Of a stretch of 64,000 bases of DNA, positions 29,215 to 40,783 are shown one piece after another (within the stretch, counting starts at the first letter, position 1; every line of letters begins with the position of its first letter). A program made the translations under genes and the position numbers. The DNA is taken from NCBI GenBank assembly GCA_030603385.1, contig JAUVXW010000003.1, positions 32,001 to 96,000 on the forward strand, given 5' to 3'. This DNA is from Promethearchaeota archaeon. GTDB taxonomy: Archaea; Asgardarchaeota; Lokiarchaeia; Sigyniarchaeales; SOKP01. Under the pieces are notes generated by a model that searched no databases, had not been told where the DNA came from, and was given only the letters and a program-made list of their open reading frames with translations.

Positions 29215-29235
29215 AATTTATGGAGAATAAAAATA

Positions 29236-30912
29236 ATGTTTACAAATGAAGAACTTCAGAAAATTAAAAGCAAAAGGTCTGAATGGGAAGAACAAAATCT
29301 ATCAAATTTTGTTCAAAAAGGAGAGCGAGAGCAAAAATTTGAAACCCCTTCAGGAATTCCTCTAAAACATGTGTATGGGCCAGAGGATATTGAAAATATT
29401 GATTATTTAGAGGATCTCGGATTCCCTGGGGCACCACCTTTCACTAGGGGGGTATATCCAAATATGTATAGAGGAAAGATTTGGAGTATGAGACAATATA
29501 GTGGTTTTGGTGATGCGCGTAAAACTAATGAACGATTTAAGTATTTAATCTCTCAAGGTCAAAAAGGGCTTTCAATAGCTTTTGATCTTCCTACTCAAAT
29601 GGGGTATAGTTCGGATAATAAGATTTGTTTAGGTGAAGTAGGACGAATTGGCGTCACTGTTAATTCATTGAAGGATTTCGAAAAGGTTTTTAAAGGTATA
29701 GCTTTGGATAAGGTTTCAACCAGTATGACGATAAACGCACCAACATCAATAATATTAGCAATGTATATCGCGATAGGAGAAAAACATGGTGTTAAACAAG
29801 AACAATTAACCGGTACACTTCAAAATGATATTTTGAAAGAATATACTGCAAGGGGAACTTATATCTATCCCCCCAAGCCCTCTTTAAGACTAACCGCAGA
29901 TGTAATTGAATATTGTTCAAAAAATTTGCCAAGATTTAATACAATCAGTATATGTGGTTACCATATGCGTGATGCGGGGAGTAATGCCATTCAGGAATTA
30001 GCATTTACTTTAGCTGATGGTATTTCATATGTTGAAGAGGTTCTCGAAAGGGGCATTGATATTGATGATTTTGCTCCAAGATTATCTTTCTTCTTTACCA
30101 CTCATAATAATTTTTTTGAGGAGATCGCGAAATTAAGAGCGGCAAGACGATTATGGGCGAGGCTCATGAAGGATCGGTTTAATGCTAAAGATCCTAACTC
30201 ATTAAGGTTAAGGTTTCACATCCATACTTCGGGGAGCACATTGACGGCCCAACAACCTCAAATTAATATTATTAGAGCTACTCTTCAATCATTAGCCGCT
30301 ATATTAGGAGGGACTCAATCTCTTCATACTTGTGGAGCTGATGAGGCTTTGGCTATCCCTACTGAAGACTCAGCTAGACTTTCATTAAGAACACAACAAG
30401 TGCTTGCATATGAAACTGGAGTTACGGATGTTGTTGATCCATTGGGTGGATCTTATTATATTGAACATTTGACCAGTAAATTAGAAGAAAAAGCATTGGA
30501 ATATATTGATAAAATAGATAAAATGGGTGGCATGCCTATTGCCATTGAAAATGCTTTTATTCAAAAAGAAATTCTAGATAATGCTTATATGGAACAAAAG
30601 CGGATTGATGATGGAAGTAAAAAAGTCGTTGGAGTAAACATATTTTGCACTGATGACGAATATAAAATAGATACCTTCAAATATGATAAGGACTCTGAAA
30701 GAAGAATCAAAGAAGCATTAAATAATTTAAAGAAAGACCGAAATGTAAACCTCGTTAAAGAAAAATTAAATCAATTAAAAGAAGTTGCTAATTCTTCTGA
30801 AAATATTATGCCGATTATGATTGAGACAGTTAAAACTTACGCTACTGTACAAGAAATTTGTGATGTCCTACGAGATGTATTTGGGGAATATCAGTCTCCT
30901 CAGATATTTTAA
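29236..30912 (+). CDS. mcmA: Methylmalonyl-CoA mutase, substrate-binding subunit
   Basis: PFTRG, WSMRQYSGF, AFDLPTQ, QNDILKEY, GYHMR; no B12 domain. Confidence 0.93.
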   Translation: MFTNEELQKIKSKRSEWEEQNLSNFVQKGEREQKFETPSGIPLKHVYGPEDIENIDYLEDLGFPGAPPFTRGVYPNMYRGKIWSMRQYSGFGDARKTNERFKYLISQGQKGLSIAFDLPTQMGYSSDNKICLGEVGRIGVTVNSLKDFEKVFKGIALDKVSTSMTINAPTSIILAMYIAIGEKHGVKQEQLTGTLQNDILKEYTARGTYIYPPKPSLRLTADVIEYCSKNLPRFNTISICGYHMRDAGSNAIQELAFTLADGISYVEEVLERGIDIDDFAPRLSFFFTTHNNFFEEIAKLRAARRLWARLMKDRFNAKDPNSLRLRFHIHTSGSTLTAQQPQINIIRATLQSLAAILGGTQSLHTCGADEALAIPTEDSARLSLRTQQVLAYETGVTDVVDPLGGSYYIEHLTSKLEEKALEYIDKIDKMGGMPIAIENAFIQKEILDNAYMEQKRIDDGSKKVVGVNIFCTDDEYKIDTFKYDKDSERRIKEALNNLKKDRNVNLVKEKLNQLKEVANSSENIMPIMIETVKTYATVQEICDVLRDVFGEYQSPQIF

Positions 30913-31035
30913 AACCATAATAGTTTTATTATTTTTTGTCTTTTTCTATTTAATTATTTATGTAATGGTTAGTTAACTTACTTATAATTATTAATCATAA
31001 GAAAATTTAAGCTACATCTATTATTAGAGATATCT

Positions 31036-31602
31036 ATGAAATTAAAAATACGATTTTCAGGTCGCGGAGGTCAGGGGATAAAAACACTTGGAAGTGCATT
31101 AGTTCGGGTTGCAATGGTTGCTGATTATTATGCAACACTCACCGTTGACTATACACCATCTGTTAGGGGGGGTCCTATTTTCTGTGATGTTATTTTAGGT
31201 TCTGATCCTATTTCATATCCATTCTGCGATAAAGATGCTGATATTTTTATTGCAATAGATCAAAAAGGATTCGAACGAGCAGCTGAATGTATATATGAAA
31301 AAACTTTTTCTTTTATCGATGAGCATACAATCGCAAACGCCGAAGAAATCATTCAGGAAGGGAAAATTCACCGTGTTCCAATTACAAGACGAGCTGATGA
31401 AAATAAATTACCAAAGAGCGCGAATATTCTCTGTTTAGGATTCCTTTCTAAATATCTTCAAGAAAATGGAAAAATAGATCTAAAAGAAGAATATTATGAC
31501 CAAGTCTTGAATAATATGCCAAAACGGTTTAGAGATGTGAATATTCATAGTTATCAACTTGGTCAAGCTCTTTATCAAGAATTTATAGATAAATCTCAAT
31601 AA
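31036..31602 (+). CDS. korC: 2-oxoacid:ferredoxin oxidoreductase gamma subunit
   Basis: SGRGGQG, VRGG. Confidence 0.85.
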   Translation: MKLKIRFSGRGGQGIKTLGSALVRVAMVADYYATLTVDYTPSVRGGPIFCDVILGSDPISYPFCDKDADIFIAIDQKGFERAAECIYEKTFSFIDEHTIANAEEIIQEGKIHRVPITRRADENKLPKSANILCLGFLSKYLQENGKIDLKEEYYDQVLNNMPKRFRDVNIHSYQLGQALYQEFIDKSQ

Positions 31603-31759
31603 GATGTATGTATTAATTCTCAACAGAGCTGTTTATTAAGAATAGTACACTTTTTAATGAGTTGCTTATACTTTTAAAAAGCAAATTTAAAAGAGAACCT
31701 ACTATTTTAAAGCATAAGAGAAAAAAATATAGTCAGAATGTATAATAGAGGTTTAAAAA

Positions 31760-32047
31760 ATGTTAAAATCTAAACGAATACCAATTTTGCCACCTCCTTC
31801 CCCCGAGAAAAAATATGAAATAATAATAGATTCTGAACAATGCGATGGTTGTGAATTATGTTTGTCATTCTGTCCAAAAGAATTAATAGAAATAAGTGAA
31901 GATAAGTTCAATAGTCGCATGCTCCACTATGCGATCGTGGTTAAACCTGAAGAGTGTGCAGGATGCGGACAATGTGAACGGTTATGTCCTACAGTTTCAT
32001 TATATATTTTGGAAACAGATATTAAGGAGGTTGTAAACAATGAGTAA
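31760..32047 (+). CDS. korD: 2-oxoacid:ferredoxin oxidoreductase delta subunit (ferredoxin)
   Basis: Two CxxCxxCxxxCP motifs. Confidence 0.88.
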   Translation: MLKSKRIPILPPPSPEKKYEIIIDSEQCDGCELCLSFCPKELIEISEDKFNSRMLHYAIVVKPEECAGCGQCERLCPTVSLYILETDIKEVVNNE

Positions 32048-33185
32048 TGCAAACTTCCAAGAAAAAAGAATACTAACTACTGGAAATTCTGCATGTGCAG
32101 AAGGTGCGATTACAGCAGGATGTTTATATTTTGCGGGTTATCCAATCACACCATCCTCAGAAATTGCTGCTTACATGTCAAGACGTCTTCCTCAAGTTAA
32201 TGGAACATTTGTTCAAATGGAAGATGAGCTGGCTTCAATCACAAGTTGTTTTGGAGCTTCTTATGCTGGAAAGAAAGCTATGACTGCAACTTCAGGACCA
32301 GGTCTTTCACTTATGGCTGAAAGTATAGGTTTGGGAATGATGTTAGAAGCACCAGCAGTTATCGTCACAATAATGAGAGGAGGTCCTAGTACAGGACAAC
32401 CTACAAATGCATCTCAATCTGATGTATATCAAACGAGATATGCATCTCATGGAGATTATGAAATAATTGTATTAGCCCCATCTACAGTTCAAGAAATGTA
32501 CGATTTAACCATACAAGCATTTAATTTGTCTGAGAAATATCGTATACCTGTAATTGTCGCTTCAGACGGAATTTTAGGACAAATGATGGAAGTTGTTAAT
32601 ATACATTCAAATATTGAATTGGTAGAGCGTAAAAAACCTCAAGTTCCACCTGAGAAATATAAACCTTTTGAAGCTTTTGATGATGATCTTGTGCCTGGAA
32701 TGGCAATAGCAGGAACGGACTACTCTTTTTATGTTTCAGGTTTAACTCATGATATAGAGGGTAATCCAGAAATGACACCAGAAGCGGCAGAAGTTCTCAT
32801 TACACGGCTTTGTGAAAAAATTAGGAGAGCAAGACCTCAAATTAATGATTGGGAAGAAAAACATTTAGACAATGCTGATATCGTTATCTTAGCCTATGGA
32901 ATTAATGCAAGAGGGGTGCCAGAAGTCGTTGAGCAAGCACGCCAAAAAGGATATAAGGTGGGACTTATCCGATTAAAAAGTCTATGGCCCTTCCCTGATG
33001 AATTAATGGAAAGAATTGGACAAATGGGGGCTTCAAAGGTTATCGTTTGTGAAATGAACAATGGAATGATGATTAGAGAAGTCCAGAGGTTTCGACATTT
33101 GTTTACTGTTTCTGGTATTACAATTCCTACTACTATTCCTTTTAGTCCTAAATTTATTTATGAGAAGTTGATGAAGGAGGTTTAA
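32040..33185 (+). CDS. korA: 2-oxoacid:ferredoxin oxidoreductase alpha subunit
   Basis: GYPITP, QMEDE, TATSGPG, RGGPSTG. Confidence 0.92.
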   Translation: MSNANFQEKRILTTGNSACAEGAITAGCLYFAGYPITPSSEIAAYMSRRLPQVNGTFVQMEDELASITSCFGASYAGKKAMTATSGPGLSLMAESIGLGMMLEAPAVIVTIMRGGPSTGQPTNASQSDVYQTRYASHGDYEIIVLAPSTVQEMYDLTIQAFNLSEKYRIPVIVASDGILGQMMEVVNIHSNIELVERKKPQVPPEKYKPFEAFDDDLVPGMAIAGTDYSFYVSGLTHDIEGNPEMTPEAAEVLITRLCEKIRRARPQINDWEEKHLDNADIVILAYGINARGVPEVVEQARQKGYKVGLIRLKSLWPFPDELMERIGQMGASKVIVCEMNNGMMIREVQRFRHLFTVSGITIPTTIPFSPKFIYEKLMKEV

Positions 33186-33188
33186 AAT

Positions 33189-34055
33189 ATGAGTCCATCA
33201 GATCAAATATCAATCCCCCCTGAAGCACTTGGTCATCCCTTAAGTGATATGTTAAATTTACACCGATTCATTTTTTGTCCGGGTTGTTTAATTGGAACAG
33301 TAATTACATCAATTACAAGCTGTTTAAAAGAAAGAGGACTCACATCTAAAGATTATGCCATTGTATCTGGCATAGGATGTACTGGTCGATCTAGTGGCTG
33401 TTTTAAAGCACCTGCCTTCCATACTACACATGGGAGAGCTATACCTTTTGCGACGGGTATAAAATTAGCAAATCCTAAATTAAAGGTTATTGTTTTATCG
33501 GGAGATGGAGATCTTTTTGCTATAGGTGGGAATCATTTTATCCATGCTGCTAGAAGAAATATAGAATTAACTGTTCTCTGTGTAAATAACAATATATATG
33601 GCATGACTGGAGGACAAGTAGCCCCTACAAGTCAGATTGGCGACATCACTCAAACAACACCATATGGAAATGTGGAACCTCCCTTCAATTTAGTAAGTCT
33701 AGCAGCTGCGGCAGGAGCGACATATGTCGCTAGATGGCCTGCATATGACACACTTAGATTACAAAAAAGTATTTTTAAATGCATAGACAATCAAGGATTC
33801 AGTTTTATAGAAGTGCTTGTTCCTTGTTTTGTCCAATATGGTTCTAAAAATAAATTAGGTGATGCTGTAGAGATGATAGAATGGTTAAAAAAGCAAATTA
33901 GGATTAAGGTTGATTGTCCCCCTCATCAAGCAACTTTTGATTTCAAGAAAGGGATTGTTATATGCGGGGAATTTGTTGAAGAGGAGCGGGAAGGATTTAG
34001 CAAACAAATAGAGCAAGTTCGAATTAAAGCACAAAATAAGAAAATTATAAGATAA
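33189..34055 (+). CDS. korB: 2-oxoacid:ferredoxin oxidoreductase beta subunit
   Basis: FCPGC, SGIGC, HGRA, GDGD..NNNIYGMTGGQ. Confidence 0.92.
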   Translation: MSPSDQISIPPEALGHPLSDMLNLHRFIFCPGCLIGTVITSITSCLKERGLTSKDYAIVSGIGCTGRSSGCFKAPAFHTTHGRAIPFATGIKLANPKLKVIVLSGDGDLFAIGGNHFIHAARRNIELTVLCVNNNIYGMTGGQVAPTSQIGDITQTTPYGNVEPPFNLVSLAAAAGATYVARWPAYDTLRLQKSIFKCIDNQGFSFIEVLVPCFVQYGSKNKLGDAVEMIEWLKKQIRIKVDCPPHQATFDFKKGIVICGEFVEEEREGFSKQIEQVRIKAQNKKIIR

Positions 34056-34065
34056 ATTTAAGATA

Positions 34066-36429
34066 GTGAGTGAAAATATGACTGAAAGTGCTGATAAACC
34101 TGGAATCGAACCTAACATTGGGGTTTTCCTATGTAAATGTGGAAAAAATATTGGTGGAACCATTGATATTGATCAATTAGCTAAAGAAATTGAAGGAGAT
34201 GCAAGAGTCAGACTAGTTCAAGTTAATACATATACTTGTTCTGATCCTGGGCAAGTAGAAATCGAAACAGCAATTAAAGAGCAAGGTATAGAGAAGATAG
34301 TTATAGCTGCATGCTCCCCGAGATTGCATGGTCCAACATGGAAAAAGCTTTTAAGACGAGTTGGAATAAATCCTTCGCTAGTAGAAGTAGCTAATATCCG
34401 AGAACAATGTAGTTGGGTACATCTTTCAGAGAAAGAAGAAGCGACTAAAAAAGCTAAAGAAATCCTTGAAATGGCAATCGCTAAAGCTGAGTTATTAGAA
34501 GCAATTGATGACATTATTGTTCCCATTACACGAAGAGTCTTAATCATTGGTGGAGGTGTAGCAGGAATTCAAGCTGCGTTAGATTTAGCTGATGATTATG
34601 AAGTTATTCTTGTTGAAAAAGCACCTACTATTGGAGGAAAGATGGCTCTCATCGATAAAACTTTTCCAACAATGGATTGTTCGATCTGTATTTTAGGTCC
34701 CAAAATGGCTGATGTAGGTAATCATGAAAATATTAATTTAATTTCATGTGCTGAAGTTACAGGTATATCTGGATACATTGGTAATTTTGAGGTTACAATT
34801 AAAAAATACCCCCGTTATGTAGATGAAAACCTCTGTACTGCATGCGGAGATTGCGTCTCAATCTGCCCTGAAAACGTTATTGATGAGTATTCTGGCAACT
34901 TAGGTTGGAGGAAAGCAATATATATCCCATATCCACAAGCAGTACCAGCTAGTTATATAATTGATGAAAAGAGCTGTTTAGGTCTCTCTCCTCTGGCCTG
35001 TGGAAAATGTGTTCCTGAATGCGAAAAAGAAGCTATAAATTATGAGGATTCCGAAAAAATCTTTAATTATAAAGTCGGAACCATTATTATCGCAGTAGGC
35101 TTTGAACTTTTTGATGCCTCTAAACTCCCAGAATATGGATGGGGTAATTATTCTAACGTTATAACAACCTTTGAATTCGAAAGGTTAATAAATGCTGCAG
35201 GACCAACAAATGGAGAACTTATACGTCCAAGTGATCTTAAGAAGCCAAAAAAAGTTGCTTTTATTAATTGTGTAGGATCGCGTGATAAGAGATTTAATCC
35301 ATACTGTTCTAACTTCTGTTGTATGGAAAGTATAAAGAATAGCCTTTTAATTAAAGAACATTGGCCTGATGTTGAGGTTACAATATTCTTTATTGATATT
35401 AGGGCTTTTGGTAAAGGATTTGAAGAACTTTATTCACGGTCAAGAGAAGAGGGTGTTCTATTTATACGTGGGCGTCCTGGTCAGATCAAAGAAAAAACCA
35501 TCACTAATAATCTTATTGTCAATGTTGAAAATATAAACACTGGAACAATCCTCTCTGAAGAATTTGAGTTAGTAGTCCTTTCTATAGGAGTTGAAGGGTC
35601 ATCAGAATCTATCCCCTTTCCTATTGCTAAGGATTCAAATGGATTTTACATTGAAGCACATCCAAAGCTTCGACCAGTAGATACTCCAACTGATGGTATT
35701 TTCATTGCTGGTGGGGCAGAATCACCAAAAGATATTAGAGAAACTGTTACACAAGCTAGTGCTGCAGCAGGACGCTGTAGAAATTTGCTTTCAAAAGAAG
35801 AGTTCCATGTAGAACCTTTATATGCATTTGTGGATACAGATAAGTGTACTAGTTGTGGGACTTGTGAATCTCGTTGTCCTTACGGTGCTATTAGTGTTGA
35901 TCAAGAAAAAAAAACACCTGCACGAATTATTCCCGTGTTATGTAAAGGTTGTGGAACATGTGCAGCAGATTGCCCTACAAATGCTATTACCATGACAAAT
36001 TTTACAGATACCATGATCCTCAGACAAATTGATATAGCTCTTCGTGAAAATGCCTCAGAAAAAGTATTGATTTTTGCTTGTAATTGGTGTTCATATGCTG
36101 GAGCGGATTTAGCTGGAACAAGTCGAATCCAGTATCCAACTAATACGAGAATTGTTAGAACTATGTGTTCAGGACGAGTAAATGTTTCTTTTATTAAACA
36201 CTGTTTTAACCGCGGAGCTGGAGCTGTTATGTTGACTGGATGCCATCCACAAGATTGTCATTATATTTCTGGAAATGATTTTGCCATAAAGCGAGAAAAA
36301 AGAATTAGAAGCTGGATGAAGAAAAATAATATTTCTGATGAGAAATTTGTCATTGAATGGATCTCTGCAGCAGAAGGAAAAAAATTTGCCGATGTAATCT
36401 CGCAAGTAAGTAAAATAGCTTTAAAATAA
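34066..36429 (+). CDS. hdrA: HdrA-like flavoprotein fused to MvhD/FlpD
   Basis: ACSP, NIREQC, GGGVAG, KTFPTMDC, CVGSRD..YCS..CC, ferredoxins; C-terminal CNWCSY..MCSGR..GCH..DCHY. Confidence 0.93.
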   Translation: MSENMTESADKPGIEPNIGVFLCKCGKNIGGTIDIDQLAKEIEGDARVRLVQVNTYTCSDPGQVEIETAIKEQGIEKIVIAACSPRLHGPTWKKLLRRVGINPSLVEVANIREQCSWVHLSEKEEATKKAKEILEMAIAKAELLEAIDDIIVPITRRVLIIGGGVAGIQAALDLADDYEVILVEKAPTIGGKMALIDKTFPTMDCSICILGPKMADVGNHENINLISCAEVTGISGYIGNFEVTIKKYPRYVDENLCTACGDCVSICPENVIDEYSGNLGWRKAIYIPYPQAVPASYIIDEKSCLGLSPLACGKCVPECEKEAINYEDSEKIFNYKVGTIIIAVGFELFDASKLPEYGWGNYSNVITTFEFERLINAAGPTNGELIRPSDLKKPKKVAFINCVGSRDKRFNPYCSNFCCMESIKNSLLIKEHWPDVEVTIFFIDIRAFGKGFEELYSRSREEGVLFIRGRPGQIKEKTITNNLIVNVENINTGTILSEEFELVVLSIGVEGSSESIPFPIAKDSNGFYIEAHPKLRPVDTPTDGIFIAGGAESPKDIRETVTQASAAAGRCRNLLSKEEFHVEPLYAFVDTDKCTSCGTCESRCPYGAISVDQEKKTPARIIPVLCKGCGTCAADCPTNAITMTNFTDTMILRQIDIALRENASEKVLIFACNWCSYAGADLAGTSRIQYPTNTRIVRTMCSGRVNVSFIKHCFNRGAGAVMLTGCHPQDCHYISGNDFAIKREKRIRSWMKKNNISDEKFVIEWISAAEGKKFADVISQVSKIALK

Positions 36430-36796
36430 ATATTTATTTCTTGAAAAATCTTTGATATTTAATTGAGAACAGCCTTGTTCAGTCATTAAATCGAAAAATG
36501 AACTAGATAATTAATTTTTTAAGATTTTATTCTTTCTGAAATTGTCCATAATAAAATTTAAATGTAATGGGATAACACACCCACCATTTTTTCACTTAAG
36601 TTAAGATTTAAAATGAAAAATTTTAAATAACAAGTCTTCAAATATTTCAATCACCGTAAGCCTTGAAATTTTTTTAAAGTTTCAAGAATTTCTTACCAAT
36701 GTTCTAAATATATCATTCTTTCCACGCGGAAAATAATGAATTTTTAAGAACTAAAAACCAAATATTTACAAAAAAAAAAAATGAGTTGATAAAAAA

Positions 36797-38908
36797 ATGA
36801 ATAAAAAACAATTAACCGCATTACTAGTAGTCTTAGTGTTTATAAATGTTGCTAGTGTTGGAACATTTTTAGTATCTGCCACAGCGAGAACAACCGAACT
36901 TCCCGAATACATAGCCGTTGACATTAATAGTGGTTTAGCGGGGAATGTAGCTAAGCCAAAAATAGCATTCAATTCTGGAGAATATAACTCAATAGCACAA
37001 CTCGAATCTACACCTCCAGTAGGAACGTCTGTTTATGACTGGTACTGTGATGCTCTAACAGATTATTCAGGTAATCCTAATATGACTCTTAGAAAAGTTA
37101 TGGGGAATGTTGAAATTTGGACACAAGATGATATGTCTTATCCAGAAGGTGATCCAAGAAATGATGATCCATACAACACTATGATTTCAGATGATATGAT
37201 AAATTATTTAGCCCTCGAATTTAATGAGGTAATTTACCCCACCGATACGGAATTCTTTGGAATACCACTTGATAGATGGGGTAACAATACTATTTTTGAG
37301 GCGTTGGGATGGAATCCTTCAGAATGGGAGTAGATTGAAACTGATAATCCTCAAAGAGTCATATTAAAGATTCTCAACGAGCGCGATGATAATTATTACG
37401 ACTATACTTATCCATATTATGTAGCTGGGTTCTTTGCTGATCTCTATGATGATGTTTATTATGATAGAAATATGATCCATCTTGATTCATGGAGATGGTG
37501 GCAAAGGTTGGGGGATGAAGGGACTCAATGGTTCCCAGAACGACAAGATCTAGTTGTCAATCGTCCGAATTTGTATGATGGAACTACAGCACATGAATAT
37601 CAGCATCTCATTCATCATGACCATAACCCTGATGATGAGCTCTGGATGAACGAAGGTTGTTCTACATTTGCCGAAATACTTTGTGGCTATCCCGTTGATT
37701 GGAGTAGCATTAACAGCTTTTTGGCTACACCTGATAATTCCCTCACTGACTGGGGAGATCAAGGAAATATTAACATCTTAGCTGATTATGGTCAAGTACA
37801 ATTGTTTGCTACTTATTTGAATGACCATTATTCTACCGATATACAATTCCTTTCGGAGTTTATTGGAACAGGCCTTCCTGGAATTGAAGGAATAAATGAA
37901 GCTTTAACTAATCTTGGACACTCAGTACAATTTGAAGATATATTTAAAGATTGGCAACTTGCTAATTTAATCCATTCTGGAGATGGATTATACAATTATA
38001 AAACAATTGATTTCAATGACCCCGAAGCTGGAGAATTGAGAGTTTATGAGCTAAAGGAAAAATGGCTTACAGATTTTCATGGAACCGATTTTGGAAATAC
38101 ATTTTCGATCCTCGGTTATGATACAGGCGTATCTAGAGTTGGCTCATATGGAACGGATTATGTCTTATTAAGCAAATTAAAATGGCAATATGACTCTGAA
38201 TTATTATTTAATGGAGACACTCATGCCTGGACACCACACTGGGATAAGGACGGTACAGCATGGTATTCAAGCAGTTCTGGACCTTTAACAGCATTAGATC
38301 TTTTTTTGGATGTAGACATAACTGGTGATTCAGTTTTAACAATTGATACTATGTATATTATAGAAGAAGGTTGGGATTTTGGTATTATTCAAATATATAA
38401 TGAAAGTTCAGGAGAATGGGTTTCGCTTGAAAATGCTTATACAACTTATGATAACTGGGGTACTACTGACGAAATTCTCGCAAGCCTACCAGGATTAACG
38501 GGTGATAGTGGTGGTTGGATGACAATGAATTTCGCTCTTGCAGGATTTTCGGGACCATCGACTATTCGTTTCCGTTATATGACAGATTGGGCTTATATGG
38601 ATCCTGGATGGTGGATTGATAATGTAAAAATCGATGAAACACCAGTGAATGAAGGTGATTATTGGGACCTATATGATCCACCGGCAACCTCTTTCATAGT
38701 AACAGTGATAAGACTGGATTTCTGGGAAGGAGAATATTATTTCAGCTTAGTTACTGAGATGGTATTGGATGCAAGCAATGACGGCACTATAGATTTAGCA
38801 CCCTTCCTTTCGTCACCTGGACCAAAACTTCGATATCCTGACATCATATTAGCGATTACTCCTCGTGTTGGTATTGCAGACTACTCATTCTCTGTAGCCA
38901 AAACTTAA
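36797..38908 (+). pseudogene. Secreted zinc metalloprotease (M30/immune inhibitor A-like) interrupted by an in-frame TAG at 37331-37333
   Basis: Both ORFs share one frame with no other stop; signal peptide, HEYQH, WMNEG, InhA-like C-terminus (IRFRYMTD..GWWIDNV). Confidence 0.8.
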
Positions 38909-39035
38909 TGAAATTAATGAAATTTGTAAAACAATTTTAAATATTTTTTTTTATTATTTCTTGTTATTTTAAACAGAATAGGATAATTAGTATCTTAAAA
39001 AGCAAAAATCAAGAGTAATCACAGTTTATTAATAA

Positions 39036-39536
39036 AAATCTAAATATTTAGAATCTAGACCTCTTCTAGAGGGACGCAGAGCTGCTGAAATTCTATCAAA
39101 ATATTTCAAAGTGAACCTAATAATTGATGCTGCTATTGGAAAATTCGCAAGTCAAATAGATTTTGTGTTAATAGGAGTCGATAGTGTGTTGAGAGATGGG
39201 TCAATAATAAATAAAATTGGGACTTATCCCTTAGCGGTTATAGCGAAATCAAATAAAATTGATGTTTTCGCAGCAGGTGATTCTCATAAATATAATCTAA
39301 GAAGTCATTATGGTCAAGAAGTCATAATTGAAAAAAAGCCAAGTAATGAGATTTATGATAAAGGAGGAATTAGAAATTTAGAAATTCATAATTACTATTT
39401 TGATATTACTCCACCAGACTATATTACTGGTATAATCTCTGATTTAGGAGTACTGAACACACAAAAATTTGTAGAAAAAGTGAAAGAAAGCATACCAATC
39501 GAGTGGTTTAAATATTTTTTAAAAGATAATGGTTAA
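39036..39536 (+). pseudogene. 5'-truncated eIF2B/ribose-1,5-bisphosphate isomerase family gene
   Basis: ESRP..EG lies upstream of the called start; GVDSV..DG..NKIGT, FDITP; in-frame TAA at 39033 and N-terminal domain absent. Confidence 0.75.
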
Positions 39537-40783
39537 TGACTCCTAAATCGAAAACAAAAGAAAATCAATTAAAATATAACTCTATTGATGAAAAAGGTTC
39601 TGGTAAGTTGATTGAAGTAGATAACGCATATAGAATAACAGAAAGGCTGGCACTCCCTCGATTAATAGGTTCTGAAGGAGAGAAGAAAGCAATTGAAACT
39701 GTAGTTGAAGAATTTAAAAATGCAGGATACGAGTCAATAAATCGACATGAGTTTATGACTTCATTTAATAATTTAATTTACTCAAGATATATCTTTCTAA
39801 TACTAGGAACGGGATTGATATTATTAAGCCTCTCACTCTATATAAATCCTTTATTAACTTTAGGTCTAATTGCTCTAGCATTATTCCTTTCATTTAAAGC
39901 ACTTCAAACTGCTACTTCTACCAAAATAAAATTATGTAAAAATATGAAAAATAATTATAAGACTGAAAACATTTGGGTTGATTTGAAAAGTAAGAACTCT
40001 AGAGGTAAAGTAATTTTTATGGGGCATTGGGATTCTAAATCTCAAGTATTTCCAACGTCAACACGTATTATGATATTTTTAATATTCATATTTAGTTCTC
40101 TTATTCTTTATATGCTATACTGTATTTTGAGCCTTCTTAAAATTTTAATTAATTTTGAACTACCAATTTTGAACAATATTTTATTAGATGTGTGTATAAT
40201 TACTGCATTAATTGGAGCACTTAATTATTTTAACAAAACAGGAAATAATTCTCCAGGTGCATTCGATAATGCCGCCGCCGTAGGATCAATAATAGAGCTC
40301 GCAAGATACTATAAAACAGATCCAACTAACAATATTGATTTAACATTTCTAAGTCCCGGTTCAGAAGAGTTAAATTTAGGTGGCGTAATTAATTTTATCC
40401 ACAATTTTAAAGACAAGTTAAACAGCGAATCAACTTATTTCATAAACCTAGATCTTATTGGAGGCTCAGAAATAATTAGATTAACAAGTTCTTATGGAAT
40501 TCCACGAAAAAATTCTTCTAAAAAATTGAACGCACTGTTTTTAGTAAGTGCTAAAGAGAAACAAATTAAAATAAAAGATATATATTCTCCCACTGGTGTG
40601 TGGTCGGATTTTATGCCTGTTGTACAAGAAGGCTTTGAAGCATGCTGGCTCGGTTCTGAACCTGGTTTGAAATTTGTCCATACAAAGAGAGATGATATGA
40701 AATTAGTATCTAAAGAAGGTATTAAGAACATACTTACTTTATGTGTTGATGTCATTAAGAAATTAGATAATGAGTTTAAGTAA
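39536..40783 (+). CDS. Membrane-embedded M28 family peptidase
   Basis: PRLIGS, GHWDS, GAFDNA, SEE, NLD, SDF, VHT..D; ~4 TM segments. Confidence 0.88.
   Translation: MTPKSKTKENQLKYNSIDEKGSGKLIEVDNAYRITERLALPRLIGSEGEKKAIETVVEEFKNAGYESINRHEFMTSFNNLIYSRYIFLILGTGLILLSLSLYINPLLTLGLIALALFLSFKALQTATSTKIKLCKNMKNNYKTENIWVDLKSKNSRGKVIFMGHWDSKSQVFPTSTRIMIFLIFIFSSLILYMLYCILSLLKILINFELPILNNILLDVCIITALIGALNYFNKTGNNSPGAFDNAAAVGSIIELARYYKTDPTNNIDLTFLSPGSEELNLGGVINFIHNFKDKLNSESTYFINLDLIGGSEIIRLTSSYGIPRKNSSKKLNALFLVSAKEKQIKIKDIYSPTGVWSDFMPVVQEGFEACWLGSEPGLKFVHTKRDDMKLVSKEGIKNILTLCVDVIKKLDNEFK

Noticed and set aside
34066-36429. Selenocysteine recoding in HdrA/MvhD
   Set aside because: The ORF is uninterrupted and has no in-frame TGA; no SECIS could be supported.
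37331-37333. Genome-wide TAG reassignment
   Set aside because: TAG ends genes at natural C-termini elsewhere (45127, 49321, 52480, 57406).
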